Source: Vicugna vicugna
Taxonomy: Eukaryota
Reading direction: 5' to 3'
Assembly: GCA_013265495.1 (NCBI GenBank)
Contig: MU058059.1
Location: 4,131,502-4,195,501 of the forward strand
DNA length: 64,000 nucleotides
Shown here: in pieces, positions 63,096 to 64,000 of the stretch
How positions within the stretch are numbered: position 1 is the stretch's first letter
Layout of the letters: the number at the start of each line of letters is the position of its first letter
Program-made: the position numbers and the translations under genes
The notes under the pieces: generated by a model
Told to the model about the DNA's origin: nothing
What the model saw: the letters and a program-made list of their open reading frames with translations, nothing else
Database searches by the model: none

Positions 63096-64000
63096 CACGT
63101 GGAGACTGGGCACTGCATTTATACAAAAGAAAGGCAACTCCTTGGTGAAGAGAGACCATAAAAAGGCACAGGCCTACCAAGACAAAGTTTGGCCACCAGA
63201 CTGGCCTCTGCAGGGGAACGAGATGAGTCCCTTTCTGCAGCTGAACCCAGCCAGCAAGAGGGTGCCCACTGCCCTCCTGCCGTGCCTACAGAGCCCGCCC
63301 ACCCTGAAGACTTGCGCAGACAATGGATGGTACTGTGTGCACCAATGCCCTACTTAAAGGCTATGGGAGCCAACGTGTTACAAGAAAAAAGAAGCTGTTA
63401 GTTGGAAAAGTCATATAATGACCCCTGGGGCCCTACAGGCAGTAGGTCCTCTAAAAATAGTAGCTGTTATCACCACCCATTCTCCCTTCATAGTTTTGAG
63501 CTCAAAAGTTTCCTTCACCCAGCAGCACCAGCACAGCCCCAGACCCAGCGTGGCCCTGAACTTCCAGCCGCAGCACTGCACGCCCACCCCAGAGTCAAAC
63601 CAGCTGCGTCTGTAGCGCCATAACGACCTAACCGAGGCCAGGCTCACACGGACTGAAATCGGACAGTTGTGATGGAATGAAAATATTTTAGCAGGCGGCC
63701 AATACACGTTTGAGGAAAACTGACCGAGGTCCCCCTGCCCCATGGACTTCCTCACTTACCTGTCAGAGCCCGGGTTTGGGTGGGTCTCGCTCTGCATAAT
63801 GGCACCTTTAACGAACCTGCCAGGCGGCCCAGAACTAACCAGGCTGGCGTGAAACCACCTTACTACTGCCAGTTACTATTCACAGGGCTCCGGGGGGGGG
63901 GCAGAACTTCCAGTGACTCGGTACTTATAATGCTCCTGTTGTCCCCAGACGTGTGACAGATTCCTGAGAGATCCAGGGAGCTCTGGCCACCACGGGGGTG

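Larger units (their letters stand above)
1..64000 (-). other. PIEZO2: PIEZO2 gene body (partial: intron 3 through intron 7)
   Basis: Four in-phase minus-strand exons encode contiguous PIEZO2 sequence. Neither the gene start nor the gene end lies in the window. Confidence 0.95.

Noticed and set aside
62638..63357. 239-aa ORF
   Set aside because: Open only because of the N run and low-complexity CCT repeats.
25423..64000. PIEZO2 exon 3 (HTGRLLKSLCF...GYN)
   Set aside because: No matching sequence seen on the minus strand by eye or in the ORF track; it probably lies beyond the window. tBLASTn would settle this.

Overview
Mammalian genomic DNA, very probably a camelid (two Vic-1-like tRNA-derived SINEs plus cetartiodactyl-type L1 3' ends). 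The whole window lies inside the mechanosensitive ion channel gene PIEZO2 on the minus strand. Four coding exons with canonical AG/GT borders and continuous reading frame are present: 25380-25422 (43 nt), 12467-12629 (163 nt), 2361-2571 (211 nt) and 943-1156 (214 nt). They correspond to human exons 4-7 (numbering from memory) and encode part of the N-terminal distal blade. I found no exon 3, so 25423-64000 appears to be intron 3. The rest is intronic: L1 fragments, L2, MIR, MaLR/ERV LTRs, hAT MER elements, microsatellites and one 235-N assembly gap. Almost all other ORFs in the supplied track are spurious. I found no evidence of a novel multi-gene system. The most notable observations are five L1 insertions with 5' inversions (twin priming), two near-consensus CTCF motifs downstream of exon 7, a solo LTR with intact promoter motifs antisense to PIEZO2, signs of GC-biased evolution reaching into the coding exons, and inverted L1 pairs that could pair in the pre-mRNA. 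Repeat family names come from visual recognition, not database searches.
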